A stretch of 63,682 nucleotides of DNA, filler included, from Bipalium vagum (GCA_037834085.1; 3 parts of 3 records of this genome joined end to end with filler, not necessarily neighbours in it), one strand, 5' to 3'. Numbered from the whole stretch's first letter, positions 39,783-53,732 are shown. Notes: generated by a model not told the origin, from the sequence alone. A program made the numbers and translations.

Positions 39783-41090
39783 TGTTACGATATTATCTCA
39801 CTATGAACACTGTTGTAACACTTAGCTCACAATGTTACTGACCCCTTCACTTTTGCCTATACGTGTACGCAAATGAATGAATCAAACAACTATGAACAAC
39901 ACTTTATTGCTAAAATAACAATGCAAACAGTAACAAAAGGTTTCAAATGATCAATAAAATGTCTGCAATCAATTGTTTTTACACAAAAAAATCAAATGGT
40001 AATAATCAATTAAATAATTAAATATCAATATCAAATAAATGTCCGTGCGTAAGGATTAATTAAAAGAAAAAAACATTAATAAAAATTAAGATACTCTCAC
40101 CAACTTGTGACGACAGGTCCAAATGGTGGTTAGCTGAGCCCAATCCGGTCCGCTCAGAAACCCCCTAACAGCACAGGACTCGTTGTGAGCTCCTGTCGCA
40201 TAGAGGGCATAAATATGAATTTACAATGTCGATAAAAATCTTCGGATAATAGCAGCAAGTTTTGACTCTTCTGATAAAATAAAACCAAATCTTCTTTATT
40301 ACTCTTCTGACAATAATAATAATTCTCGATCACTATTCTGACAATAATAATAACAGCTCTTGGTCCTTCTTCTGACAATAATAATAATTCTCGATCACTA
40401 TTCTGACAATAATAATAACAGCTCTTGATCCTTCTTCTGACAATAATAATAATTCTCGATCACTCTTCTGACAATAATAATAATTCTCGATCACTATTCT
40501 GACAATAATAATAACAGCTCTTGATCCTTCTTCTGACAATNNNNNNNNNNNNNNNNNNNNNNNNNNNNNNNNNNNNNNNNNNNNNNNNNNNNNNNNNNNN
40601 NNNNNNNNNNNNNNNNNNNNNNNNNNNNNNNNNNNNNNNNAATAATAATTCTCGATCTCACTTCTGTGGCAATCCAGTTCGAATTCCAACTCCTTATATA
40701 CCATTCTGATCAGACGAATAATCAATTGTAGATGAGCTTGATTAATGGGGAATGTTGATTCCCTTTTTAGACCAATAATTCTAAATCGGTCCCTCCTTGC
40801 GGACCCTGATCTAATCTTGGCAATTTAGGTTCGCCATTGTCCAGATTAGATCCTTTTTGGAAATAATTAATTGCCCCTTTTTTTGTTTGGGTGTACTTTT
40901 TAATTAATTATTAATAATTAATTATTATCAAGTTATTTCTGTCCCTCTTGCGGTCTTAATAATTAATTGATAATAATCAATCTAAACCCTATTGTGGTCT
41001 ATACCACATATACTTTTACAAGGGTTGGCAGGGATGTGTCCTTGGTTAACCAAACAATTTAGTGACCTAAGCGGGGTGCTTACCAAAACA
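39783..41090 (-). mobile_element. Probable solo LTR spanning an assembly gap
   Basis: Begins TGTTACGATA and ends TACCAAAACA (the 16431 copy ends CACCGTAAACA), giving TG...CA termini with a short inverted repeat. AATAAA on the minus strand at ~39903. No coding capacity. No clear target-site duplication. Confidence 0.55.
40305..40660. repeat. Two-unit minisatellite (31-bp A and 34-bp B units; 65-bp AB period), broken by the N gap at 40541-40640
   Basis: A=TTCTGACAATAATAATAATTCTCGATCACTA; B=TTCTGACAATAATAATAACAGCTCTTGRTCCTTC; order ABABAAB... up to the gap. Confidence 0.92.
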
Positions 41091-42655
41091 TTTGCTTGAA
41101 GTTAAAACAGAAAAATTTTAATTGGTCTTGTGAACGATAATACTTTATTTTTAAAATACATTAACGTGTTTTTTGCAAAAAATTCTAACCGTGTAAAATT
41201 TTATAGATCATTATACAATTTTCAAAATTTCATCATAACAAAAAATGCCGAAGCCTATTTTAAATATTTTAAGCACCAAGACAGATGGATTAAAAAGTTT
41301 TAAACTATAAAAGTAATATTCCAGGACTTTTTTAAAATGAATTTTAAAATAAAGTGCATCAGAACCGATAAATAAACCTGTTAATTTTGGAGGACATAAG
41401 CACTTCTTTACTTGCTATTTTGTAAAATTTGAAATCCTGGAAACGATTTTTTTATATCAGATAGGTAAGTAAAGAGCTCATTCATTTAAATTTACTCTAA
41501 TTTTTCTTTCATTATCTGTTCGTTTTGTTTCTTTTTATTGATAATATTTTATTTCTATTTATTAATTTAACATTTACTTATTGATTAATTGATGTTTCAT
41601 TTTGCTTATTATCATTTGCTTATTCATTTGATTGTTGAAAGAATATCTGATTGATCGATTAGACAATTTGATGGTTGCTATTACTGTTATTTTGACTCGT
41701 TAACGATTGTTAAAAATGTTAATATAAATACACGTTATTATTCTACTGACTGTTGTGAATTTCACCGTCTAATAGAATTGAAATCAAACCGAGATTAGAT
41801 ATTTTAAATAAAGTCTATAATTAGGAATTAGCTTGGTTTTGTAACACAAAAATAAAGTTTATTGTGATCACTTTGATTAAAAAAACACTTAAAAACTTAA
41901 TTAAAAGGGTTTGCTAGCTCAAGGTTATATAATATTAACAATACTATTATACCTTTAATTGGATTTAAACGCAAAAATTAACCGACCTCGAGATGATAAT
42001 ATTTTTTTCAATATTATGAAATAAAGAATTTCAAATGAAGTCCTGAGCTTTATTTATAAGTATGATGAACTAGTGACGAAGATATCAAGGTTCTTACCAA
42101 ATTAATATTGATAATTTCTTGTGATAATATTATTGTGCTTGTGATTCCATTTAGATTAATATCTTCAAACTCCTAAGGTTTTAATGGTGTGTACTAACTT
42201 CGACTAGGACGAATAACTAAGATGAACTCTTATATTACAGATTTTTATTACACTATAATACATATACATATAACATTTAAAATACTTTTTATTAAATTGC
42301 AAACTCAAAATGACAATTATTTAATAAAAGAAAAATATCAATCTATTCTAGAAAGAATGTAGGCACCCTTCCAGGAAAAATATCAAATCGGTGACTATTT
42401 TACCGGATGGTGAATGAATGAAAAAACAATAAGTAAAAATGAAACATGTTGAAGTAAAAACAGAAACGAGAAATAATATTTGCTTACTGCATAATTAATT
42501 ATATCTCGTAATTCACCTCCTCAATTTTTATGTTAATTGTAAATCTTGAAAGTTATAATAAACTCTAAGTCTCGGTTAATGCAGGTTATAATAAACTTTT
42601 GTTAGATTTGAATTAGTTATGATAACCTATTTTAGCTAATAATTCTGATTTTTCT

Positions 42656-42755
42656 NNNNNNNNNNNNNNNNNNNNNNNNNNNNNNNNNNNNNNNNNNNNT
42701 TAATTAATTAANNNNNNNNNNNNNNNNNNNNNNNNNNNNNNNNNNNNNNNNNNNN
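42656..42755. other. Assembly gap with TTAATTAATTAA linker (42700-42711), followed by (AAT)n to ~42815
   Basis: 44 N + 12-mer + 44 N. Confidence 0.95.
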
Positions 42756-42771
42756 AATAATAATAATAATC

Positions 42772-42810
<39 letters not shown>

Positions 42811-44688
42811 TAATAGTATTTACATATATATTGGAATTTTTCATGAAATTATTGAATAAATTGAAAACAGTTTCCAATGATCTTTAAATTTTCAAAATAA
42901 CAATATTCACCATAAAAGGGCTGAGAAGAGAAAGTTGATTGACTAAGATAATTTTATTTACAATTAGATTGAAATTAGGGTGGGGGGGGCATTATTTTCA
43001 ATCTAATTCATCTTTAGCAGATCATTAAACCATTTTGTTTTACTAATGAATGTTTCCTCTTTGACACTTTTTATCTGTTCACATTTGTCAACATTGTTGC
43101 CCAACTTTGCAGACCAGGCTATCATTTTACAAAAGTTAATTTCGTCAGTCGTTCATTATCGAATTTCTTTCCACATTATTTTCATTTATTTCGATCGAGA
43201 AGAGCGTCAATCATCATTTTATTTGTTTTATCAAAATATACCAGGGCAAAGGAATGATAAATAAATTTCGCTTAACAAACTACAAGAGATTTTCACAACT
43301 TATTTTTGTTGTCTACATAATTTTTCTTAGGAATTATGTCAAATATAAAAAGTGAATAAAAATTAAATAAAAAAAATAATAAATAATATTTAAAAATTAT
43401 TTTCAATAATTTTTTTTCAATGAATAATTACTAAAGACAACAAATTTATATATTTATTTATTTTTCATGTATAAAATTTAGTTAATATTCATATTTTTAT
43501 CTGAACTATCCATTAAATTAAAAGTTTAATTATTATTTTGTTATTAATTTAATAATTATTTTTAAAATACATAAAGTTTTTTAAGACTATATAATTTTTA
43601 ATTTAATTAAATATTTTTAAAACATTTTTTTGAATTTTTATTTTTTTTTCCAAATTTAATCTTGTGCTCCAAAATTAAAATAAAAAAATTTTTTTTGAAA
43701 TTTAAATTTTGAAAATTTAATAATTTTCTTTTCAAATTAACAAAATTGCATCGACAATAAACATTATTTGATTTTTATTTTTAGTCATTTTTTCCTTTTT
43801 TTCTTTATATTCTTCCTTTTTATTATTAGATAAATTATTCAAACTTAATCCCTTTAACTTCAATTCAATTTAATTTTTAATTAATTAATCATTACTTTTA
43901 ATTTCGTTGACTCTCATGCAGTTCGACATCCATTTGTCTTGTTCTTTCTCTTCCATGATGTCACGGCGATTTTTTATATTTTATTATAATAATAAATTTC
44001 TTTATTATTATAATTATTATTATTATAATAATTTTTACTATTATAATAATAATAGTTATTATTTTATTTAAGAAAATGAATCTAAAATCCGATTTCGTAA
44101 AAATCAGTAGAATATTTCTTAATTTATTGATCAAGAATTTTTAAAGTTTTTTCTGCAAATGATGGAAATAAATTTAAAAAAAATCATTTTATTAAAAAAA
44201 ATTATTAACCAACCTTGTACATGTTAAAAAATTACTTTTTCCCAAACTTAATTCGTATGAGGATTATTACACTTATTTATGAAGTAATTTTATTCTGTGA
44301 CAAATTTGTCAATAATGTACCATTTATATTTATAGTGAAAAAAAATAATAAAATTCTTCCGTTTGTTGCTGTAAAATTAATAAAATAATAAGTTAACACC
44401 ATTCAGTTCGCAAATACAATTTATTTGCCAAAGAACATAATCTTGTTAGGTGTGTCTGCTTGTTTTAATCCCTTTAAATGTTATAATATATTTTATTTTA
44501 TTAATTTAATATGACAAGAACTTGAGAATGTACCCATATAAAAATTACTAAAAATTACAAGAGAATAAAAAAAATTTCAGATAGGTTTTATTCTTAAGTA
44601 CCCTATTGTGATTAGCTTTGAAATATTAATATTGATCGATTTTATTTATTATTTTTGCATTCATTATTATTAGATCGACACATAAGTA

Positions 44689-45370
44689 TCATGTGTGTAA
44701 ATAAATAACCGAAATATTTTAAAGAAATAATTAAGAAATAATAAATAATTTTGAAGACGACATATTTTTTGTTAGAATTTAATGTCCATAAATTACCACT
44801 TCTTGCTCCCATCTTTCAGATAGGCTGCGGATTCCATTTTGAAAAAATTCCTGATTTTTTGAGGTGATCCAAGAATCAAGCTATGTTATGGTGTCATCAT
44901 AATAACAAAATTTATGGTCACCTAGACTATGCGACATGGAACGGAACACGTAATTTGAAGGAGCGATATCCGGTGAAAAACGGCGGGTGAGTTAAGATTT
45001 CACATCCAAGAGTTTCTTTGTATGTACTAGTAACAGTATGTAGTAACTAGTTTTAAAACATGCGACCAAGCATTATCATGTAACAAAATAATTTTACCAT
45101 TCCTGTCTGCATAATATGGCCGTTTATCCTTTATTGGTTGGCTTGAATGCACCAATTTGAGTTGATAGCGATCTCCTGTAATTGTTTTGTTTGATTGCAA
45201 TAACTCATAATATAGTATACCTATATTATGATCCCGTCCCAGAAATGTTACATCGAAAAAGACGTTTTAAAAAGAAAATTTAGCATATTGAAACATCTTT
45301 TTTTCTTGCTTATCGGTAAATTCGTGAGGCGTTCATATTGTATTTCCTTTTTTAAAATTCATTTTCTTAA
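44689..45370 (-). mobile_element. Mos1-like mariner relic
   Basis: TA|TCATGTGTGTAAATAAAT TIR. *TPHEFTDKQ, GKIILLHDNAWSHV, HPP..SPDIAPSNYVFRSM and LDSWITSKNQEFFQNGIRSLSERWE. Confidence 0.8.
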
Positions 45371-45399
45371 AATGGTGGCAAATTATTTTTCTATTTCCA

Positions 45400-45754
45400 A
45401 TTGATTTCCAATTTTAAACTCATTCCAGCTAGTGTTTGAAATACATTTTTTCATTTGATGACTACAAGTTTTTATTCCACACCAGTGGCCTGCCCTATCT
45501 AGGAGCACCGTTAAATCAAAATTTTCAAACTGTATTAATCTTTGCTAACACCAAGGTCATTTGCATTCTTTCTTTAATGGGGTACATTATTAAAATGTGA
45601 ATTTACTGAAATTAAAATTGATAATATCGACTTAGTAGAACATTTAAACATGCATTAAAATTTGAAAATTATTTTCCTTAGAAAAATGAAAATTGAATAT
45701 ATTTAACAATATTAATTATGTCCAAAATCGAATATTTTCTTTAGATGCACCGTG
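45400..45754 (-). mobile_element. 5' fragment of rosa/DD41D-like element
   Basis: rc TA|CACGGTGCATC end. MYPIKERMQMTLVLAK resembles the N-terminus at 9864; GAPR*GRP remnant. Confidence 0.5.
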
Positions 45755-47079
45755 TATAATATAGAATTCAATAAAATAAATTGACAATATTATGAATTAA
45801 ATATTGAATAAAAATCGAAATTTCTTATTAATATAAATAATAAAAAAATTATAAACCATATCCGATAAATTCTAAAATTGAAAAAAACTAATTAGATTTC
45901 AGCTAATCAATTAGTAAATTAATAAGATTAAAACAAAAACATTAATTAATTTAACAATATTGGTTTCAAGTTAAGAAAATTTATTTTTTCAGGAAAGTTA
46001 TTTTTTCTCCCCTATCAAAATAAATTGTCGTAAGCAATATATTTCATAAAATTTCGCCTGGCAAAATAAAAATTACATTGAAACTGAAAAATTGAAACTT
46101 GTTTCAATAATAATTTCGAAAAATTATCTTCATATCACTGTTCTCCATAATCCCATTTGTGCCTGAATTCTGAGACAAATACTGATCCATTTAAACAAAT
46201 TAAGCATATTGAATTTTTAATCTCCTTTAGACTGTTTATCATATCAAAGATATACTTAATCAGATTGGGTGGAAACAGCTCATAAATCTATAACCTTTGT
46301 GTATTGTATTTGTTTTAATGCTGAGGAAAAAACTCATTTCAATAATAATATTATTGATATTCTTGTTTTATTGATGTATCCAGATTTTTTCAGCTTTATT
46401 TTCTTTTACTACGTTAAAAATATGATTATAAAAAACATTTGTAAAATATTATTTTATATTCATCATACATTTTAAAATAAAAATGTTTTCCATTTTAATA
46501 AAATTAAAATTTGAAAAACTTATCCCTGAAATAAAAATTCAATCGATAATTTTAATATCTGTAAAAAATTTTTTTTTATTATTTTCCATATTTATGTATT
46601 ATTTCAAATAAAATTGAAAATAGGATTAATATTTATATTATATGAACTGATGAATTGTGGTAAAATATCCAAACCAAACAAACACGACCAATGTTTCATA
46701 TTTTCTGGCATGGACATTTTTTGGATAATTTCGTTTTTACAGAAAAATTGTTTATTTTCCATGATATTCTTCAAAATAATAACAATGATTAAAAAATAAA
46801 AAATCGTGTTTCTCTCAAGTCATTAAATTTCAAATATCTAAAATTTTGAAAAATATTATTATTTAAGAATAAAACGTACGGTTTATGTTAAAATATTAAA
46901 CAGATATGTGAAAATTCTATTTCGATATGATATTAGCTTTTTCATATTGCAATTGTCAATTTTTGCTAATTTGTATAATAAGTTGAAGAAAAGATTATTG
47001 CATTTGGAAATCCTCATAATAAAATGTAGTATTTTCGTATTTGTTTAAATAATCCAATGATATTTTAAGAAATATCAGC

Positions 47080-48020
47080 AATGGCGCACAAACTGACAAA
47101 AAATTGCTTTAATTTACTTATGTAAATGGGAATTGTGGTACGTCACTTTGGAAGACGATGAAAATATTAATTCAACACTCGTCAAATGTATGGCTAATGA
47201 ACAGTTCATTAGGCGGTGGTATGTGAAATTTGCAAAAGATGATGAAAACCATTTAACAAACGAACTGAACTATGTGCCATTGAAAATGTCATTTTACTTA
47301 CGCAGATGAAATTAAATTCAAATAACTTTGAAAACACGACCCAATGATTACATCAATCTGTAGCATTGTACTTCTATAGGACCTGGAAAAGTCAGAAAAC
47401 TCGTGGTCTTCTATTGACATCTACGTCGCTAAGCATTAGGTCTTATTGGATATTTTATGAGAGCTTCCTCCCAATGGCCCATTGGAACGTTGTCATCAAG
47501 TTCAGAAGTGATAACTTAGCTCTCCGATCTTTTCAGACACAAAAAGACGTAAAGCCAGACCCACATTCTGAATCATTGTCAATTAAGTCCACAACATCCT
47601 ACTTTAAACGTGTTGGTAAAATCTTTAAGGAAAATAGGATTAGATATGGACATTGATATGACACCAGTGAAATTGGAGACCCGACTGAGACCAGATTTGA
47701 TCATAAGGATCCTTGGCAAACCCCAGATCCATCTGGTGAATATCAAGGTTCCTTAAGATGATAACAAGCTATTTGCTGAAAATCGACCACCCAATCAGGC
47801 GGAGTACCAACACCTAGCTGCTGAAATTGGAACTCGAACTCGATTAATCGTTCCCCTCTGGAAGTTTAATCTCGGGTGTCTTGGGTCGTGGGCTCCCTAG
47901 GACGATAGAATTTTCAAGACGTTAGGTCTGAAAGAAGACACAATTAATAAAATAGTTACGGATCTCAGAGCTTCTGCAATTGCACAAAGCTATCACATCT
48001 ATCTCCAACTTATTAAGGTT
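47080..48020 (+). mobile_element. Second, more decayed NeSL/Utopia-like REL non-LTR 3' fragment
   Basis: Collinear with 17460-18340: YFYRTWKSQK, PMAHWNVVIKFRSDNLALR, LRPDLIIR, NIKVP*D, NQAEYQHLAAEIG, LGCLGSWAP*DD and ASAIAQSYHIYLQ. Confidence 0.8.
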
Positions 48021-48499
48021 ACTTTTATTCTCACTTCTTCTCTTGTCCTTCTCTCTCTATACTAATATACTTAATCAAAATAAACTTTTCATTTATATTA
48101 TCTATCGATACTAATATACGTGTGCAATTGAACCTATTATGCACCTACATGGTTGGAATGCATAATTGATTTGCTTTCTCTTTTTAACTCAAAATGATTT
48201 CCAATACTGAAATTACAGGTGCGCTTTGTACCGGTTATCGTTTTCACCATGTTAGGGAACCTGTAACTGATTGTTATTTCATATAAGACATATCATATTT
48301 ACTTTACCGGCTGACCTTTTTATGAATGATGTACTTATTGTTTGATAGCTTTTAAGTTAATTGAAATGGTGTAAATATCTTCGTATGTTTGTGAGGGTAT
48401 ATCTTCTCTTTTATTTCTAAAAGTTCAATTCAAGTGACTCAAGTACGTCTTAATCAATTCAATCGAAAGGAAAAAGATAAATTGTGACATTCCCATTCA

Positions 48500-48770
48500 T
48501 AATTCTCACCTTACGAGAGAATGGAAGCTAGAGACTTTCACTACTTCAGACACCAGACCTCAAAGATACCTGAACCTTCAATGAAAAAAGTTTGACCCCA
48601 AAGCTAGATACGACATGGATTGACTTGCGGGAACGGTCAACTGTGTCTGATCCATCTCGCAATCCATCATACAAGGCATTGGAGATCAGTGACTGGATAA
48701 TGGTTGACCAAAATCAGCTGATGATGACCAAGACTCTAGTTCGAATTCCAGGGTAAGTACTAATTAACTA
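48500..48770 (+). mobile_element. Penelope-like 3' end with degenerate hammerhead motif
   Basis: RMEA...PSMKK...KLDTTWIDL resembles the PLE C-terminus EA..I...P.MNRD.G..L...W..L. It is followed by CTGATGATGACCA..TAGTTCGAAT-TCCAGGG-TA. Confidence 0.55.
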
Positions 48771-49149
48771 TATGGAATATCATGTGGGATAAATAATTAT
48801 TATCAGAACTTGATGATATCTCTATGTTTGCCTGGACCGAGAATTGACCAGGGAATTAGGTTGATTTCTGATTAACACACAAAAAATGACCCACTTATTG
48901 ATGATCACTTATGGTTGATTTCCATAGAATATAAATTCTTTTGTTATCGCCAAAGATATCCTTAAGTTAGCCTTTGGTTGTTAGACAAAAGAGGGAAAGA
49001 AAACCAAGAACAGATGAAAATTAATTCAAAGATGTAGTCAATATATCAGAAACTAATCAATTTGACGAAGAAATTTTATTTTTAGGTACCATTTATTGTA
49101 ATATTAAATGAATCGTTGTAAACTAAACTAAAGCGACTAATCCTTCTGC

Positions 49150-49914
49150 ATAAAAATTTACGACTAAATGTAAAAACAGCATACTTCAGCTTAAGGGTAA
49201 CATACACAAGATCAACCTGTTGGCAAAAAGATCTGCATCTAAGGCTTTACCATTCTTAACTAGTCCATAATAAAGAAATCGTTAAAATTCCACAGCACAC
49301 AACAAGAACTTCCTGGCAAACCTGGATGAACGGGAGACTGAAAGCGGATATTGGCTTCTTGGAACCCCCTTTTTACTCGGTTCTGATTGACTAAGTATAA
49401 TGTCTCAAGAAAGTTTTTTAATGTACATCAACATTTACAGATAAATCTCGTAAACTTGAAGAAGGATTGTCTCTCAAGGCTGTAATATATTTATCATCCG
49501 CAGTGAAGGTCGACCTAAACGTGATTTGTCTTCAAGGTTCAAATATTCATTATTGAAGCGCTTGCATCAGTTAGCAGCATTTATTTAAGCAACAATTCCT
49601 TCACCTTCAAACTCGCATATCTCCTTATAAGCATTTCTCGTGCTCAAGCTTCTTTTTCAATAGTGATGCTACAACACTCTTATTTCAAATTTTGTAGAAT
49701 TCATCTTAATCATTAAATTTTAAAAAATTATTTATTGAAATTTAAAAACTTACAATCAATATTTCAATAAATTAAATATTTCGATAAATTACTACTTACA
49801 TAAAATTATACATTTTAAACATAAGATGTAGAAAATAAATTTTGAAAATAATGGTCATTTTGGATTTAAAATTTCTTTATAATATTTTTGAGAACGAAAT
49901 TTGGCATCACCATA
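49150..49914 (-). mobile_element. Mariner relic (5' two-thirds)
   Basis: ATG 49704: MNSTKFEIRVL*HHY*K...KEICEFEGEGIV...KRFNNEYLNLEDKSRLGRPS; also LVKNGKALDADL..QQVD. Confidence 0.78.
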
Positions 49915-51199
49915 TCATAAATAAATTTTTCCCGAGTTCTCCTAATTTTCATGTAATTTTTTAATTTTTAACTTTTTTAAAAATTTATTTAAAAATTATA
50001 ATTATCCAAAATATTTTTTAATGTTTGAAAATAATAAAATATAATAAACCAACATATATATGACCGTTAAATCTTTTTAAAAAATCTTAATAATATTAGC
50101 TTTAGAAAAATTAATTAATTCGATGTTTGATTAAAACTAAAATATAATTATTATCCTTTTGTCTCCAAAAGTCTATAGTTTTATTCTCTGTCTACTTTTT
50201 TAACAAATTGAAATCGATTCTGACAATTATAAAACCGGTTATTTTTTTTCAGAAATAATTATGGCTATTTCATTATTAATAATTATTTATTAATGATATT
50301 TTTTTGAATTGGTAAAAGAAATAAAGTTTATTTCACAAATAATTTTTAAAAAAATTTTTGAAGATGTAACAATTATTATAATATTATATTTAGTTTTAAA
50401 AAGAGCGTTTGTTTTAATTTATCTTCCTTTTTACAATCTTTATATCGATTTTTTAAACAGTTCTTTTCTGGAAATTTATTTTTATTACTATTCCTTTATT
50501 TATTTATTGTTTTTTTATAAAGATTTTCTTTCGACATTTACCACTTTGGTTTTAAAAACTTTTTATTAAATATTTCAAACTCCTCCTTCAAAAGAACATT
50601 AAAAAGATATATTGATAAAATTAAAATAATAAAATTAAAAAGAAATCTAATCGCCAGTGCTTTTTATAAGTACACCGTAGTTAAAATATTCATCATAATG
50701 AGCCTAGTATGAATTTCACTTATTCTTATATATCTTCATGAAATCAAGACATCCTTTTTAATTCTCAATTTCTATCATCATGTTCTAAATATAAATGTTA
50801 AAATTCGATTGTACATTTCCTTTGACAAAATAAATAAATAAATAATGATATAATATCAATTTTTCTCCTCATATTCCTAATGGAAATGTAAAACTACTCA
50901 AATATATAAACTAATAACTCAGAATTTCCCTATTTCTCCAGCATATATTCTTTAACTTACGTCATTTAAGGATTAGAGGAAATCTAATGAAATATGCGTC
51001 CAGCAAATACTGTCTAATTTATATCGCCTTACCTAAGGGTCGATAAGTTTCCTTTTATTCCTGGAGTCTGATTCAAAGTTAATTGTCAATCGCATTGTAG
51101 CAATAATAATGGGACAGTGTTACTTATTTTCTAATGAACTGCCGACTTTGGTTGTCAAAAATAATTATTAATGGATTTGCATATCTTACAGAACCTATT

Positions 51200-51900
51200 T
51201 TCAGCTTTTGCCAATTATTCAATTAATCAAACATTGAATGGCGATACGTTATTGGTTTTATTCAGAGTTTGGAAGAGAATGCCATTCAACTTTGTTTCAG
51301 AGAAATATGATGGAGAAAAGTGTTTCTAAAAATTCCGCTTTCACAGATGGCTGGGAGACATTTAGAATTATTTTCAGATTAAAAGAGTCTATCAATATAA
51401 TCCTCACTTCAATTTTGAAAAAAATACGATATTTCTCTTTCCGACTATTACAAGATGATGAGAGACTAATATTTGGTAGCCACACCTCTTAAATTTGGAT
51501 AATATTTACATAATACCGGTTTAACGTTCCTTTATTTCCATATTCTTCTAATGGGTATGATGATGGACATTTTATAGTTAGCCAATTTCGAAGACAATGT
51601 CGTTCCAAAAACTATCTTCATAATTGAAATATTTTGTATTTATACTGTCATTAAAATCTAAACTATCCGAAACGAGTTAATCATTTGATATTGCCTAGTA
51701 GAATAATATTTTTTTACTTTATTTCAAAGAATAAAACCGGATATTGTTTCAAAAATGTTTTTGCGATTCGAGAATTTCTGGATAATTTCCTTGCTTCCAA
51801 ACAAAGATAATTTTATCGTTTAGAAATTCGTCAATTATCTGAACGATTGGATAACGTGATGGACAACAACGGATCTTATTTTGTTCATAGATTTTTTTTC
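51200..51900 (+). mobile_element. Highly decayed mariner
   Basis: AIRYWFYSEFGR...SVSKNSAF, DDERLIF, and C-terminus REFLDNFLASKQR*FYRLEIRQLSERLDNVMDNNGSYF. Confidence 0.65.
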
Positions 51901-52294
51901 CTTATGTTATGTAAAAATTATATTATCAGCTTTTTATCAAAATATTTTCCCCTTAAAAATAGACTTATACTTATGACATCACCTAATAAAAAGTGAAAGA
52001 AAACAATCTAATTTCATTTATTCAAATTCTCAAGTAATTCTAAAGGATAATGAAAAACAGATAATAACTGATTTTTTTTCACTACCTTCAAAGAATAATT
52101 CAAAGTTTAATTTAAATTTTGTTTGTTTTCTCTTTTTAATAAACTAAGTTCATGGATTAAGCTTGGCTTTAAATCCAAAACAGAAATTGGAGTTTCTAGA
52201 GCTTTGCTCAATTTTTATTTTAATCCTTAGATATTTTTTTAGTAAAATAAATTAATAAATTTATTTTTTTAATATATTTTCTAAAAAAAAATTA

Positions 52295-53228
52295 TTAGTT
52301 TGGTCAGAAAGTTTTGCACGGTTTTAGTAAAAAAGGTATTTATTTATTTATTAAAATAAAAACCATTATTTGAACATTTGATATTCTGCCAGTGCCATAT
52401 CTGGACTGTATCATGGATGAGGCAGGAGTTCCCAACAAAAATTTTTAAACTTTAAACTGGTTGTTTTAGATGTGTGGGGTTTTGTGTTATCTTATTGTAG
52501 AATAACGCATTTTCGGTTGACCAGAAATATCGACATACTTGTCAACATATCAAATAGTCGATCTATTTGGTTACAGTAGATACCATTGGTAGTTGTTTAA
52601 CCCATATTCAGAATCTATAAATATATTTCACCTTTCCTATACCATCAGACAGAGAACTTTTTTGGAAAAGGACTTTTCTCAGGGGTCTAAATTATAACAA
52701 GCAAGAAAGTAATTACAAATTGTCAAACGATTTAAAAGTTTCTGTTCACTTAAATGGTGTGGAACCCATTTTTCGAACTCAAGTTTTAAACATTTCAGTT
52801 TGGTATTGATAGACAGTTGTTTTAGAAGTATCCGAGAGTTTGGTCAATTCAAATTCCTTTTATCTTTCAATGGGTCGGTCCGATCTTGACTTGTCCTGTA
52901 GATTATAATCTTGGTGCGAAACTTTGTGAACCATTTTTCACCTGTACCTAGACATGGATAATCAACCAGCTCCATGCATAGCCTGTTATAGCAATGAATT
53001 GAGCCTACGTCCTGTTTAAAATCATATTATATGTGTGTTCTAATCATTTCACCTATATAGATCACCACTAAAATTAATAATTAATCAAATTTATATAAAA
53101 TATAAATGGATATGAATAACTAATTTCATTACATATAATTTAAAATGATTGGCTTATCAATAAATTAAATAGATGTAGTAAAACAACATTAAATCAATGA
53201 AAAACCGCAGTCTTATGGAACGACCCGA
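52295..53228 (-). mobile_element. Internally deleted mariner with Hsmar1-like TIRs
   Basis: TA|TTAGTTTGGTCAGAAAGTTTTGCACGGTTTT and rc TA|TCGGGTCGTTCCATAAGACTGCGGTTTT. DYNLQDKSRSDRP, KWVPHHL, VILQ*DNTKPH and WELLPHP*YSPDMA. Confidence 0.85.
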
Positions 53229-53732
53229 TATTTTTTTTTATTTTAACCCTAATAATAAAGAAATTTGAATAATTTGAATAATTATGTAATATTTTAAAAT
53301 TTTATGAAAATTTCACATCACAAATTTAGGAGGTAAATTGATTGCTTTAATAAAAGACTACATTTTATATACGTATTAAAAACACAAATTAAACCTTGTT
53401 TTAATATATTAAAGATCACTTAATAAAAAAACATCCAAGAATTTAATAATAGAAATTGTCAACGAAATTATTTTAAATTAAATTTTTGTTTGAATTGATA
53501 GAAATTATTTTATTAATGTCCATTTAACCATATCTCAAATATTAATTATTGTTTTCCAAAAGATTGCTTTAGAAAAATAAAATATTGTTTCTAATATAAA
53601 AAAGAAGAGGAAAGTAATAAACAATAAAATTACATTTTCTGAAATTAAATTATGACAGGTTAATATAATTATAATAATAATAATAATTCTGTCATAAATA
53701 GCAAAAATCACCAAAATTCAGTTAAAAATAAA

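Noticed and set aside
40305-40660. CRISPR-like repeat/spacer appearance; ORFs 40154..40378, 40333..40725 and 40521..40709
   Set aside because: Intervening sequences are repeated rather than unique spacers, there are no cas genes, and the context is eukaryotic. The ORFs are translations of the repeat and N gap.
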